DNA of 64,000 bases from a virus: positions 32,001 through 96,000 of the IMG/VR virus record IMGVR_UViG_3300028948_000703, one strand, 5' to 3'. Below are positions 1 through 8,908 of this stretch, in pieces. Each line of letters starts with the position of its first letter. Positions within the stretch are counted from its first letter, which is position 1. A program made the position numbers and the translations under genes. The notes beneath the pieces were generated by a model, which was given only the letters and a program-made list of their open reading frames with translations, did no database searches and was not told where the DNA came from.

Positions 1-189
1 GTTACCAAGACTAACCGCGAGGCTCTGTTTGAAGAGCTGGATCGGAACAACGATACCGGGGTTGCTACTGAAAACCTCGTAGCGATTGTAGAAGCGCATA
101 ACGCTGATGTCTGGGAAGATCTCACTGATGATTACCTAGCAAACCTCAAGAAACAATTGGCAGAAACCAACAATGGCAGTAGCATTTAA
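1..189 (+). CDS. Partial small acidic protein overlapping a RelE/YafQ-like toxin gene; putative antitoxin
   Basis: Frame 1 is open from the window edge to TAA 187-189 (VTKTNREALFEELDRNNDTG...LAETNNGSSI). It is acidic and overlaps the toxin ATG at 173. Confidence 0.4.
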   Translation, partial: VTKTNREALFEELDRNNDTGVATENLVAIVEAHNADVWEDLTDDYLANLKKQLAETNNGSSI

Positions 190-541
190 GATTTCGCCAT
201 TATTCAAAAAGACTCTTGCTGATCTAGCTGCTCAGAATCCGCGATTAATTGATCGTGTTGAAGCATTTAAAAATTTCAAAAGTCAAAACCCACTGGCTAG
301 TTTTGGCAGTAGTGATAAACCATTGTCAGGTACAGGATATTTTTCTAAAGCCGTGCCCGGCATAAAACATGCCCATCTCACACGAGATATCAGCATATGG
401 TACACTGTCAGTGGCAGAGATCCTACCGAATTTAAGCTCTACGGTATGTTTACTCATCATGATACTGGTACAGGTGAGCCTCCAAACTTAAAGAGGCAAA
501 AATCTGCAGCTGAATGGTTAAAAAATCAACCTTTTAGATAA
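173..541 (+). CDS. RelE/YafQ-like ribosome-dependent mRNA interferase
   Basis: 122 aa. N-terminal 'SPLFKKTLADL', 'DKPLSG', 'HAHLTRDISIWY' and 'GMFTHHD' match the YafQ/RelE layout. Confidence 0.6.
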   Translation: MAVAFKISPLFKKTLADLAAQNPRLIDRVEAFKNFKSQNPLASFGSSDKPLSGTGYFSKAVPGIKHAHLTRDISIWYTVSGRDPTEFKLYGMFTHHDTGTGEPPNLKRQKSAAEWLKNQPFR

Positions 542-603
542 ATTAAGGTTGCGTTATTCCAATTGCCTGTTATAATGCGGACATGGCACAGAGGAAAGCT
601 AAA

Positions 604-729
604 ATGAAGACTCAGAAGCGTCGCGCTATCGAACTCTTTGCGGCTAACAGCCCGTTCCGTAGCAAGCGTGTGGTCAAGAGCAAGAAGCTCTACACTCGTC
701 GTGTTCGTTCCAACAAGAAGGATATCTAA
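604..729 (+). CDS. Short basic peptide, ArfA-like (not in the ORF track)
   Basis: MKTQKRRAIELFAANSPFRSKRVVKSKKLYTRRVRSNKKDI, with SD GAGGA upstream and a TTGCGT/TATAAT promoter at 549-577. Confidence 0.5.
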   Translation: MKTQKRRAIELFAANSPFRSKRVVKSKKLYTRRVRSNKKDI

Positions 730-730
730 C

Positions 731-907
731 ATGCGTGTTGGATTTGGTCTGTTTGGTGTATTCTTTGCAGTGGTTGCAGCACTCGTTCTGGTGTCATTCG
801 TTGCCGCTGGATTCCTGTCATACCAGTGCTATGCTAGCGGCGATCCCAACAGTATTGCCTGCTTTATGATCAGCGATCGGCACGAGATCGGCATTCGTAC
901 CCGCTAA
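731..907 (+). CDS. Small membrane protein
   Basis: ATG at 731 directly after the previous stop; one long hydrophobic helix. Confidence 0.55.
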   Translation: MRVGFGLFGVFFAVVAALVLVSFVAAGFLSYQCYASGDPNSIACFMISDRHEIGIRTR

Positions 908-1035
908 AGGTGCATGATGGAATACGGAATCTTGATGTGTGTCGCTTGGGTGCAATGGCATATTAAGCGGTACGGTCCCTTTGTACTGGGAGCAGTTGCT
1001 TGCGGTGCAGTAGGATACTTTCTCAGGGGCTGGGT

Positions 1036-1239
1036 ATGACATCTGAAGAGTTTAACGCACGTGAAGCAGAGCTTCTTCAAGATGTGCCCATAGAATTTCG
1101 CTCAGCTCTCAGCTATTATGCATATGACAAAGGTCATGCTTATGGGCATGAAGAGGTACTGATCCATCTAGGCGAACTGGTTGATATGCTGGTTCCTTGT
1201 TTTAAACAATACAATAACCGTGTAGGTGTCAAGCCATGA
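1036..1239 (+). CDS. Hypothetical phage protein
   Basis: MTSEEFNARE...; stop overlaps the next ATG (ATGA). Confidence 0.55.
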   Translation: MTSEEFNAREAELLQDVPIEFRSALSYYAYDKGHAYGHEEVLIHLGELVDMLVPCFKQYNNRVGVKP

Positions 1240-1421
1240 GTTGCCGTGAAGTAGATCTCGATGATGCTGTGGTCGAAGCTCTCTATGAGTACAACTGCAC
1301 AGGTGTTGATTCTGTGCTGAGGCATGTGCGGCGTCGCTTTAAAAATATCAATGACACGCAGGTGCGTCAGTGCTATAACGAGCTACGTAACAAGCAACGC
1401 GAAGTATTTCAGGAGCAGTAA
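1236..1421 (+). CDS. Hypothetical protein
   Basis: Translationally coupled ORF in the + strand cluster. Confidence 0.5.
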   Translation: MSCREVDLDDAVVEALYEYNCTGVDSVLRHVRRRFKNINDTQVRQCYNELRNKQREVFQEQ

Positions 1422-1422
1422 G

Positions 1423-1818
1423 ATGAGCTGGTATAACTACGATCATTGTGATATCAGTGAGTTCATCGGCAAGACGCCCACGGAAATCATCAACGGTTAT
1501 GATGAGATTCGATTCCGTATGAGCGATGGGTCTGAGTATGTGATGGCTCACATCCAGGACTGCTGCGAAAGTGTCTCAGTTGAGGACATTGCCGGCGAGC
1601 TCAATGATCTGCTCAACAATCCGATCACTGTGGCCGAAGAGCGCTCCAACTTCAAGGAGACCGAGTACGGTGATGCTCGGTGGACCTTTTACGAACTTCA
1701 GGGATCGCGTGGTTATGCTACGATCCGTTGGTATGGTACTAGCAATGGCTACTATGGCACCGGCGTAGACATTATGCGTGTATCTGGGCCCAAGGTAGCA
1801 GACGAGCCCAGTTTTTAG
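1423..1818 (+). CDS. Conserved phage hypothetical protein (H.QDCCESV / IRWYG.SNGYY family)
   Basis: SD AGGAG upstream; motifs common in phage hypothetical proteins. Confidence 0.7.
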   Translation: MSWYNYDHCDISEFIGKTPTEIINGYDEIRFRMSDGSEYVMAHIQDCCESVSVEDIAGELNDLLNNPITVAEERSNFKETEYGDARWTFYELQGSRGYATIRWYGTSNGYYGTGVDIMRVSGPKVADEPSF

Positions 1819-1867
1819 GTTGACTCAAATCAATTAGTCTAGTAGTTTACATCAAAGGAGAGCAAGC

Positions 1868-2131
1868 ATGAACGCCAATCAGATTACCGATCGTGAGTCG
1901 TACATCAAGTTTCGTCGTGATTGGAAGGCGGTGTACCGCTACGTCAGCGAAGAAATTCGTGCCAGCAAGCGTGCTACCAACAGCATGAACTGGCGTCGCA
2001 ACAGCATCAGCATGGTCAAGACCCATGCACGTGGGCAGGCTGAAACGGCTATGCTGAGCCGGCGTGCCAATGTGCTCATGCAGGAGCTGACCGAGGCCAA
2101 GGCTCGTCGTCCGCTGCGTGTGCAGGCCTAA
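1868..2131 (+). CDS. Hypothetical basic protein
   Basis: Own TTGACT promoter and SD AAGGAG. Confidence 0.6.
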   Translation: MNANQITDRESYIKFRRDWKAVYRYVSEEIRASKRATNSMNWRRNSISMVKTHARGQAETAMLSRRANVLMQELTEAKARRPLRVQA

Positions 2132-2132
2132 C

Positions 2133-2351
2133 ATGGCCGAGTCGCTGGAATCGCTGCAGGCATATCGCAACAACATGGATCTCCCTATGGAGATCCTGGC
2201 ATCGACTCTGGGAGAACTGGGCTGGAAAGGTGAAGGTGCTGCAGACTGCGATGTGGTAGATGTTGCCACTCGCAAGCTGCGTACCCTGCACGCACTGGTG
2301 CTTGCCGGGGGTCTTAACCCCAAGATGCTTGAAGCTATTATGGGTGAATAA
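2133..2351 (+). CDS. Hypothetical protein
   Basis: ATG 2 nt after the previous stop; codon usage like its neighbours. Confidence 0.55.
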   Translation: MAESLESLQAYRNNMDLPMEILASTLGELGWKGEGAADCDVVDVATRKLRTLHALVLAGGLNPKMLEAIMGE

Positions 2352-2352
2352 C

Positions 2353-2604
2353 ATGATACGGACAATCATCGCAGCGATCGTTGCAGTTGGGTTGGGTGCA
2401 TGTGACAATTCACCCAAGTGCCTAGTGGACGCTAAAGACACCGCCGTGGTCATTGATGTTGATCAGCTCTGTTCTAGCGGTAGGTATGATTGCACCAGGT
2501 ATGACCGACTGCGTATGACTCGTGATGCTGACGGTACGGTCTGTGCCATGCACAGTTATGGCTGGAAGTACAAGGTTGGCGATAAGATCCGCGGACCAAT
2601 GTAA
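2353..2604 (+). CDS. Putative lipoprotein
   Basis: MIRTIIAAIVAVGLGA-C lipobox signal. Confidence 0.55.
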   Translation: MIRTIIAAIVAVGLGACDNSPKCLVDAKDTAVVIDVDQLCSSGRYDCTRYDRLRMTRDADGTVCAMHSYGWKYKVGDKIRGPM

Positions 2605-2670
2605 CTAACCTTTTACTCATTGACAGCTAATCCAAATCGTTATAATATCGGCGAACTAACAAAGGAGTAG

Positions 2671-2823
2671 ATGATGAATCGGAAGTTCAAGGGTGTGTGG
2701 AAGACTCCGGGCGGTGGGCTTCAGACTGTGTTCTGTGAAGCCAAGAACTACAATATCGCTTGCCAGATGTTCGAAGCTCAGTATGGCAAGGGCAAGGTGA
2801 TGAACGTCTGCGAGACCCGCTAA
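2671..2823 (+). CDS. Small hypothetical protein (not in track)
   Basis: MMNRKFKGVWKTPGGG...VCETR; consensus TTGACA-N-TATAAT promoter at 2620-2647 and SD AAGGAG. Confidence 0.6.
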   Translation: MMNRKFKGVWKTPGGGLQTVFCEAKNYNIACQMFEAQYGKGKVMNVCETR

Positions 2824-2869
2824 TACAATAAAATTTGTGGTATCATGCTCTTGTTGTTATAATAGGAGC

Positions 2870-3541
2870 ATGATACCCCTTTATTGTGTGTGTACTACAA
2901 ATGCCGAACGTATCAGTCGTATGACGATGCGTTTTACTCAGCTGGGACTATATCACGAATTTGTGCCAAGTCCCGGTACTTGTATAGATGGACATCTTGT
3001 ATGTCTAGACAAGTTTTTAAAAACCGGTGCCGAATTTGGCATAGTATGCGAAGACGATGTTCATATACGTCGTGACTTCCTACAAGAACTACCCATTATA
3101 GTCGAACAATTTAAAAAGCTCAAGCTAGATATTCTTTTGCTAGGATATCTGCTGGATTACCCATTGTTACACCATCAACAACACGATCCCAATTTACCCA
3201 TGTTAGCCGTGCCGTTTAGCTTTCACAACTACGGCTCACAGCTATGGGGTACACAGATGTATCTGATAACTCGCAGTTATGCTGCACAAGTGTTGCATAA
3301 TTTTGGTCCAGCATCTGGGTACAAGCAGCGTGCAGCGATTAATTCATCACTGACACCACATGCCAGTGACCATATAATCACCAAGGATACCAGTCAACGG
3401 GCGTTAATTTGGCCAATGCTTGCAGTGGAAGAAGGTGTGATTAGACGCGAAATAGACACGTCATTGCCTGAGCATCACGCTCAGAACGACTTCCATCAAC
3501 GTGTATTCACTGCTAACTATGATCCAGCGTTGTTTGTTTAG
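2870..3541 (+). CDS. Glycosyltransferase family 25-like protein
   Basis: 'GHLVCL', 'IVCEDDV' and 'WGTQMYLIT' are GT25-like motifs; SD AGGAG. Confidence 0.6.
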   Translation: MIPLYCVCTTNAERISRMTMRFTQLGLYHEFVPSPGTCIDGHLVCLDKFLKTGAEFGIVCEDDVHIRRDFLQELPIIVEQFKKLKLDILLLGYLLDYPLLHHQQHDPNLPMLAVPFSFHNYGSQLWGTQMYLITRSYAAQVLHNFGPASGYKQRAAINSSLTPHASDHIITKDTSQRALIWPMLAVEEGVIRREIDTSLPEHHAQNDFHQRVFTANYDPALFV

Positions 3542-3659
3542 GTTACCAGCTATACCAGATTAGCATTTTTGCGTCACCGTGTTGGTCGTAGATCTTGTTA
3601 TCTACCAGCATCACCACCACTGGGGTAATACTGATCGAAACCAAACAGCAACCAACGAT

Positions 3660-4088
3660 TCATCGAAAGTTCTCCCGTTTATTGGGCAACAGTCCCAGCA
3701 CACTCTTTTCTTCATCAGTGAGCTTGTCCAGCGCTCGTTCTTTAACGTCGGCTAGACGCTGCTTTTCAATCTTGTGTGTTTCAACACGCTCAACCAGCGT
3801 TTCCAGATCGGTAAAGCACCACGGATTGGTATAGTTGAACTCATTGGGATTGAACCACACACGAGCCACAGAGTCTTCCTTGTAGCCCAGGTCTTCCACT
3901 GAGGCTTTTACCTGCACGTCAACTGCAGACTTTTCTACATTGAAGGCAACGGTGTAGTTAAGCCCAAGCTTTTCAGCATTGGCCAGTATTCTCAATGCTC
4001 GAACAGCAAAAGTCTTGTTGGCTTCAACGTCCTGCTGAACTCTTTCTAGCTCTTGAAGACGTCGTTCGTCTCGGGTCAGTCTAGCCAT
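3660..4088 (-). CDS. Hypothetical protein
   Basis: MARLTRDERRL...ALDKLTDEEKSVLGL, a common phage C-terminal motif; SD GAGGA. Confidence 0.6.
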   Translation of the reverse strand: MARLTRDERRLQELERVQQDVEANKTFAVRALRILANAEKLGLNYTVAFNVEKSAVDVQVKASVEDLGYKEDSVARVWFNPNEFNYTNPWCFTDLETLVERVETHKIEKQRLADVKERALDKLTDEEKSVLGLLPNKRENFR

Positions 4089-4242
4089 TTTTATCCTCGT
4101 TATCATTGGCACCAATCAACCTTGCAGTAGCCGGGACCTTGACCACAGCATGAAATACAACGGTATGCCCAACAGGCGGCCAGTAAACCTTACCCTTGAG
4201 CAGCATACGAAGATCGATTGGTGCAGAGATTGGTGTGTTCAT
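4081..4242 (-). CDS. Small hypothetical protein (not in track)
   Basis: MNTPISAPIDL...GANDNEDKNG; TTGACA/TATAAT promoter on the - strand at ~4249-4277. Confidence 0.4.
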   Translation of the reverse strand: MNTPISAPIDLRMLLKGKVYWPPVGHTVVFHAVVKVPATARLIGANDNEDKNG

Positions 4243-4349
4243 TCCGCCATTATAGCAAAAAGATTCTAGCTGTCAACTGTGTAATTGCGGTTGATCTCAC
4301 CTGCTACCAGTGTTAGTTTGCGGACTAGAAAATCACCGAGGACGACTCC

Positions 4350-4805
4350 ATGGCAGACTATCATTGCATCAGTGCGTATCAGTTTAAGCCGGTTGTTAAG
4401 AAGACTGCAACTGCAATTCGTCGCTTGCAGAAGCTTCTGGGATTTGAGCAGATTGTCTGCACAGGAATCAGCGGGCAAAGCATTGCGTGGCCGGTTAGCT
4501 ATGTCACTGATATTCCTGTGGCAGTGGTGCGTCGCAAAGGCGAGCGCGGGCATCATGGATACAAGGTAGAAAACTTCGCCAGAGACAAAAGCTATATCAT
4601 CATGGATGACTTTATTTGTTCCGGTGATACCATTCGGCACATGGTACGCACAATTAACAAGGAATATGCCGACGACGGTTCGCAATGTGTGGGTGTGTTT
4701 TGTTATTCGCCCACTGGACGTGAGTTTGTAACTGTTGACAAGACCAAGCTGTTTGTATATGATGCATCTAGCAGAAAGAAGAAAACAGCGGAGACGAAAA
4801 TGTAG
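4350..4805 (+). CDS. Type I phosphoribosyltransferase
   Basis: PRPP-binding motif 'IIMDDFICSGDT' and 'VVRRKGE' loop. Confidence 0.75.
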   Translation: MADYHCISAYQFKPVVKKTATAIRRLQKLLGFEQIVCTGISGQSIAWPVSYVTDIPVAVVRRKGERGHHGYKVENFARDKSYIIMDDFICSGDTIRHMVRTINKEYADDGSQCVGVFCYSPTGREFVTVDKTKLFVYDASSRKKKTAETKM

Positions 4806-4869
4806 TAGCACACGCTAGTTTTTATTGATTGAACATATTTTTTGACACACTGTGGTAGTTTAATAGTAA

Positions 4870-5025
4870 CCCCGGAGGCAGCAATGCGGTAACTAAATCT
4901 TTTTTTTGTTGTTTTATGTTTACGATTGGCTGTGACTTTATCATGAAGCACAGAGTTCTCGGGCAGTTAATGTAAGCCGTGGAGGGCAAGATCCGGGGGC
5001 AGAGCTAGAAATAGCTTTGCCTTCC
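4870..5025 (+). ncRNA. Candidate small structured RNA plus terminal hairpin
   Basis: TTGACA promoter upstream; CCCCGGA (4870) pairs with TCCGGGG (4992); a GGCAGAGCTA-GAAA-TAGCTTTGCC hairpin follows; no ORF. Confidence 0.3.
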
Positions 5026-5474
5026 GTGTTTTTGCATTGACAGTAGATCTGGTTCTGCTAAACTACGCAGCAAACAACGCAGGTTGACGATGTATTATTA
5101 CGTTAGGGACTGTCCTACCACGATCAAGCCCCACTTTGACGCACGTTGGTCACGTGAACAAAAGCTGTGGTGCATACGATCGCCGGTGCCGTTAGCTGGG
5201 TTCGTTCAGCTTGATTACTATGTAGTTCGCGAGTTTTTTAAAGTTAGATACTAAGATATCGGTTGCACTAGAGTCAAACGCTGCTAAAATACTCAGGTAA
5301 CAAGGAGAACACATTGTCGCAGTTGCAGATTGAAGAGAACGAAGATGGTAGCTGGGTGTTGCTGAAGCTTAACAGCGACGGCAATTGGGACGCTGTCAGT
5401 GAGCACGCCAGCAAGGCTGCTGCACGCACGGCTCAGCAGGACTATCTGGTCGCAGAGCAGTACTCACTTCCTGC

Positions 5475-6197
5475 ATGACACGCAAGTGGACTAAAAACAA
5501 GCCCCCAGCGGAGCAGTTCGACACAGAGCTGCTAATGGCCCTGGCATTTGCTGCGTATAGAGAAAATAACAATAATCTATACACAGAAGATGTCGTCTAT
5601 TGCCCTACCACCGGGGATAGACAGGAAGTTGTAACCAATAAAAAACACATGCAACGTCATCTTGCAGGCACAAAAACCTTGCAGATCCTAGACAGCGACT
5701 ATGAAAATGCTCGCAATGCTCGAGATTTTCTAGTTAACTGGTGTGTACTTAGAACACTTCAGGAAGAATTCCTGTCTAATTTTGTTGCGACTCTAAAGGA
5801 ATCTGCAAATCAAGAGAAACATCCTGCGATAGCCTGTGGATTGTTTAGCTATCTTCCTAGCCAGTACTTGAAGTTGATTGCCAAGCAACAGCGTGAAAAC
5901 CAGCTGTTGAATCTTGTTAATACCAGTGCATGGATTGGCACAATCGGGCAGAAAACAGAATTTACAATTACCGTGCTGGAAAGCAAGTACGTTGCCAAAT
6001 TTAACTGTTACCATGTTTTTGGCTATACACCAGATGATAACTGTGTGTCATTCTTTACATCCAACAAGGAATACTGTAGCAGCGGCACCTATTCAGGTCG
6101 AATCAAAAAGCATATCGTTGACAGCTATAATAAAAATGTAAATGTTACACAGTTTACCTATGTCAAACCGGTTGCGGCTGTGATCAACTCTAAGTAA
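5475..6197 (+). CDS. Conserved jumbo-phage protein with probable C-terminal OB-fold
   Basis: 'WIGTIGQK.EFTITV...G.IKKH...TQFTYVK' beta-rich C-terminus. Confidence 0.5.
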   Translation: MTRKWTKNKPPAEQFDTELLMALAFAAYRENNNNLYTEDVVYCPTTGDRQEVVTNKKHMQRHLAGTKTLQILDSDYENARNARDFLVNWCVLRTLQEEFLSNFVATLKESANQEKHPAIACGLFSYLPSQYLKLIAKQQRENQLLNLVNTSAWIGTIGQKTEFTITVLESKYVAKFNCYHVFGYTPDDNCVSFFTSNKEYCSSGTYSGRIKKHIVDSYNKNVNVTQFTYVKPVAAVINSK

Positions 6198-6221
6198 TAT
6201 CTTGCAAACAGGGAGCTGATA

Positions 6222-6560
6222 ATGAGCACAGTTAATCTCAGCGCTATCGCTACTTTTATGGAATCTGGCTTGACATTGGGCCGTAGCCCACTTGAGTGTC
6301 TGCGTTTGCTCAATGAAGCCGAGCTTGAAGCCGTGATCGATAGTTTTCTCAAGGCCAATCGTCCTATGCGTACCATTAAGCTGGGCCTTGCTGTGGAGAA
6401 TAGTGATCGAGTTAATGCTATCAAAACGCTGCGTTCAATTGTTAAAAATTGTAGCCTTCTCGAAGCCAAGAACTTTGTGGAATGTGCCGGCGAGCTGACT
6501 GTTACTGATCAGCAGCTGACTGAGCTGCGCCAAGCTATGGCTCACATCATCGCAAAATAG
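6222..6560 (+). CDS. Protein with ribosomal protein L7/L12 C-terminal-like domain
   Basis: 'RVNAIKTLRSIVKNCSLLEAKNFVE' resembles L12 'KV.VIK.VR..TGLGLKEAK.LVE'. Confidence 0.6.
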   Translation: MSTVNLSAIATFMESGLTLGRSPLECLRLLNEAELEAVIDSFLKANRPMRTIKLGLAVENSDRVNAIKTLRSIVKNCSLLEAKNFVECAGELTVTDQQLTELRQAMAHIIAK

Positions 6561-6777
6561 TTGACTTTTTCGTACTATTTGCTAGTATAAAGTCAGCAAT
6601 GGAGAGGGTGATGCAGACTTGGGAAGAAGCAGCACGAGCAGCAGGTTGGAAGGTTTTTATTGATCTTCCCAGCCGTACAGAATTTCGGCATGATACTCTC
6701 GACGATGATTATGTAACTGATCTCAAGGGTGAAGCTGCTTGGAAAGAACTTTGTGAGTTTATGGGGATTCGCCGATA

Positions 6778-7059
6778 ATGTCTAGGATTTGTTCAGAATG
6801 CCGGTATGCAGTACTGGTCGACTATGGCTATAGCAATTACACCGTAGAAGGTACCAATCTATACTGTGCCAAGAAACTGCACCCCAACGATGGGTTTGAT
6901 CATTGGTATGGGGAAAACAAGGAAGTTCGCTTTGCTGAGAACTGCTCAGGATATGTCAGCGGAGCCCCTGTGCAGGTTGATGTCGATCACGAAGCATTCA
7001 ACGACATGCCCGGCGAAGAGCTTGAAATCTATCAAATGGTGTTTGGCAAACCCAGTTGA
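6778..7059 (+). CDS. Hypothetical Cys-containing protein
   Basis: CxxC...C...C pattern; ORF track. Confidence 0.55.
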   Translation: MSRICSECRYAVLVDYGYSNYTVEGTNLYCAKKLHPNDGFDHWYGENKEVRFAENCSGYVSGAPVQVDVDHEAFNDMPGEELEIYQMVFGKPS

Positions 7060-7089
7060 CGTTTACTAGAAAGATGCTAGTATAGAGTT

Positions 7090-7253
7090 GATTCAGTTTA
7101 GTCGAATGCTCAGGTGGGTAAGCTCTGCAGAGCGAGGCCAACGTGCCGATAAACCTAGGGCTGTAGACTAATATGATAGGTCACCTGTCCAATATGCAGG
7201 AGATAAAGGTTTGATTCCTTTCAGCGGACTTGAGCTTTCGGCTAAACTGAATC
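7090..7253 (+). ncRNA. Unknown structured RNA with an embedded CCA-less tRNA-like cloverleaf (7160-7225)
   Basis: Long closing stem GATTCAGTTTAGTCGAA.GCTCAGGT / ACTTGAGC.TTCGGCTAAACTGAATC followed by a T-run. Inside: GCTG/CAGC, a D-arm, CCTGT-CCAATAT-GCAGG and AAAGG-TTTGATT-CCTTT. Own TTGACG/TAGTAT promoter. Confidence 0.6.
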
Positions 7254-7296
7254 TTTTTGTCATTGACAAATCCGCAGTCTGCGCTAAATTAGCAGT

Positions 7297-7551
7297 GTGA
7301 ACAAGGAGATCATGATGATCATCAGTGCAGAACAAGCTCAGGCTTACACCGGTCTCGAAGGTCAGCAGGCTTTTGTCGAGCTGGGATTTGACAGCATGGG
7401 CTATACTCGTACCATCACCGACGGTGCCACTGGAGCGACTGCGGTAGTTCTGTATAGCGGTCTTGGCCTGCCCATTGCATATTTTCGCACTACCGACGAG
7501 GCTATCGGGTCAGCGATGCAGAACAACATTGAGGTTTTTAACCTTCACTAA
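7297..7551 (+). CDS. Hypothetical protein
   Basis: TTGACA promoter and SD AAGGAG (true start probably ATG ~7312). Confidence 0.55.
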   Translation: MNKEIMMIISAEQAQAYTGLEGQQAFVELGFDSMGYTRTITDGATGATAVVLYSGLGLPIAYFRTTDEAIGSAMQNNIEVFNLH

Positions 7552-7607
7552 AATTGGTTGCACGAGCTCTAGATCGCTGTATAATGAGCTCAACAACGGA
7601 GCAGCGT

Positions 7608-8027
7608 ATGAAAACCGAAGAACAGTATATGGAAGAGTTCGACGAAGCTCACCGCAATTATGTTGCTGCTCGAGCTCGTGCAGGCTTTCCTTTTAATCCT
7701 CCTGACAAGAACAAGCCCTTGCCTAGCTGGGTTCTGCGGCATGGCGAACGACCCACGTTGACGTTTGTCACTCGGCCGTACTCGGGTGCTGTACCAGCTG
7801 CTAAGAGCGTGCAAAAGCCCGCTGTAGCGGTGGCTCCGGAGGTCGCTACAGTTGTTAAGCCCGAAGCTGGTCAGAGCTTTGCGTCGCAAGTACGTGCAGT
7901 TATTGCAGACGTTAAACCCAAGGGCTGGACACAAGAACAGGTTGTTGAGCACGCGGTTTCTGTGCTTAATATGAAGCGTACAAGTGCTATCAACTGCGTC
8001 CGACATAACTGGGACCGTGTTAAGTAA
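7608..8027 (+). CDS. Hypothetical protein, paralog of 23330-23749
   Basis: LPSWVLRHGE...VRAVI...NCVRHNWDRV is shared with the 23330 ORF. Confidence 0.7.
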   Translation: MKTEEQYMEEFDEAHRNYVAARARAGFPFNPPDKNKPLPSWVLRHGERPTLTFVTRPYSGAVPAAKSVQKPAVAVAPEVATVVKPEAGQSFASQVRAVIADVKPKGWTQEQVVEHAVSVLNMKRTSAINCVRHNWDRVK

Positions 8028-8038
8028 AGGATAAGGCT

Positions 8039-8251
8039 ATGTCTAATGTAGATTTTGAAGCTCTTAAGCAGCGTTGTGAAGCCGAAATGAACAGGCATGA
8101 CAGTGTTGGTCGTGAGAAGCGTATGCTGAACTACTCGGGCAAGGACTTTGCACCGGTTTTGGATCCCGAGTGGAATCGGCAGCATCGAGCTGCGCCCAAG
8201 CCCAGGTATACACTGAGCCCTGTTCAGCTGCGGCGTATGCGGAGCATCTAA
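8039..8251 (+). CDS. Hypothetical protein
   Basis: ORF track; SD-like AAGG upstream. Confidence 0.5.
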   Translation: MSNVDFEALKQRCEAEMNRHDSVGREKRMLNYSGKDFAPVLDPEWNRQHRAAPKPRYTLSPVQLRRMRSI

Positions 8252-8675
8252 CAATGCGTCGCTGGTACTGGCCCGTTTGCGCGCTTAATGTGGCATTCGC
8301 TGCACAGCCATTTCTTTTTGATGTACCTGCCACAGGTTTTCATGTATTCAATGCATGTGTGGCGCTGCTGATGATCTGGGCAGGTCCCGTCAAACAGGAA
8401 AGCTAACAGTGGCATACATCGACTTCTACGACATTGCAGGGTCCTTGGAAGCTGTCAAGGACATTGCTCACAGTGCAGCACCTGGTGCACTGGTGCGTGA
8501 AGATGGGTTTCAGCGTCAAGGTTATGGTGAAATTCATCGAGTCTATATCACCTCGCAGGATCAACGATCGGCTCTTGATCTTGTTGCTCACGACACGTTT
8601 CTTACAATCTAACAGTATTCGGTTGTGATGTTTCACGTTTGTGCTATAATCGGCACATAGCAAGGAGCTAGGCAG

Positions 8676-8891
8676 ATGTCACACTGGGAACATGGATACC
8701 ACGACGGGCTTAACAACAGGAATCCTGCAACGGCACGCTATCTGCATGATTCAATCCACGATCCGTATGACTTGAATGATTACTGTGCCGGCTACCGAAT
8801 GGGCATTCGGTGTCAGCCTGAAAAGGATCGCTGCATCGAAGGCGACCTGATTGGCAAGCCCGAGAACTTTGAAATTCGCAACTTCAACTAA
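8676..8891 (+). CDS. Hypothetical protein (ribosome modulation factor-like 'GY.DG...Y..GY..G' pattern)
   Basis: WEHGYHDG...DYCAGYRMG; own promoter and SD AAGGAG. Confidence 0.4.
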   Translation: MSHWEHGYHDGLNNRNPATARYLHDSIHDPYDLNDYCAGYRMGIRCQPEKDRCIEGDLIGKPENFEIRNFN

Positions 8892-8908
8892 CATCAAGGA
8901 GACTAATC

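Noticed and set aside
4081-4115. ANDN peptide (GANDNEDKNG) resembling a tmRNA tag start
   Set aside because: It is the C-terminus of an ordinary small ORF, has no AA ending and has no tRNA-like domain nearby.
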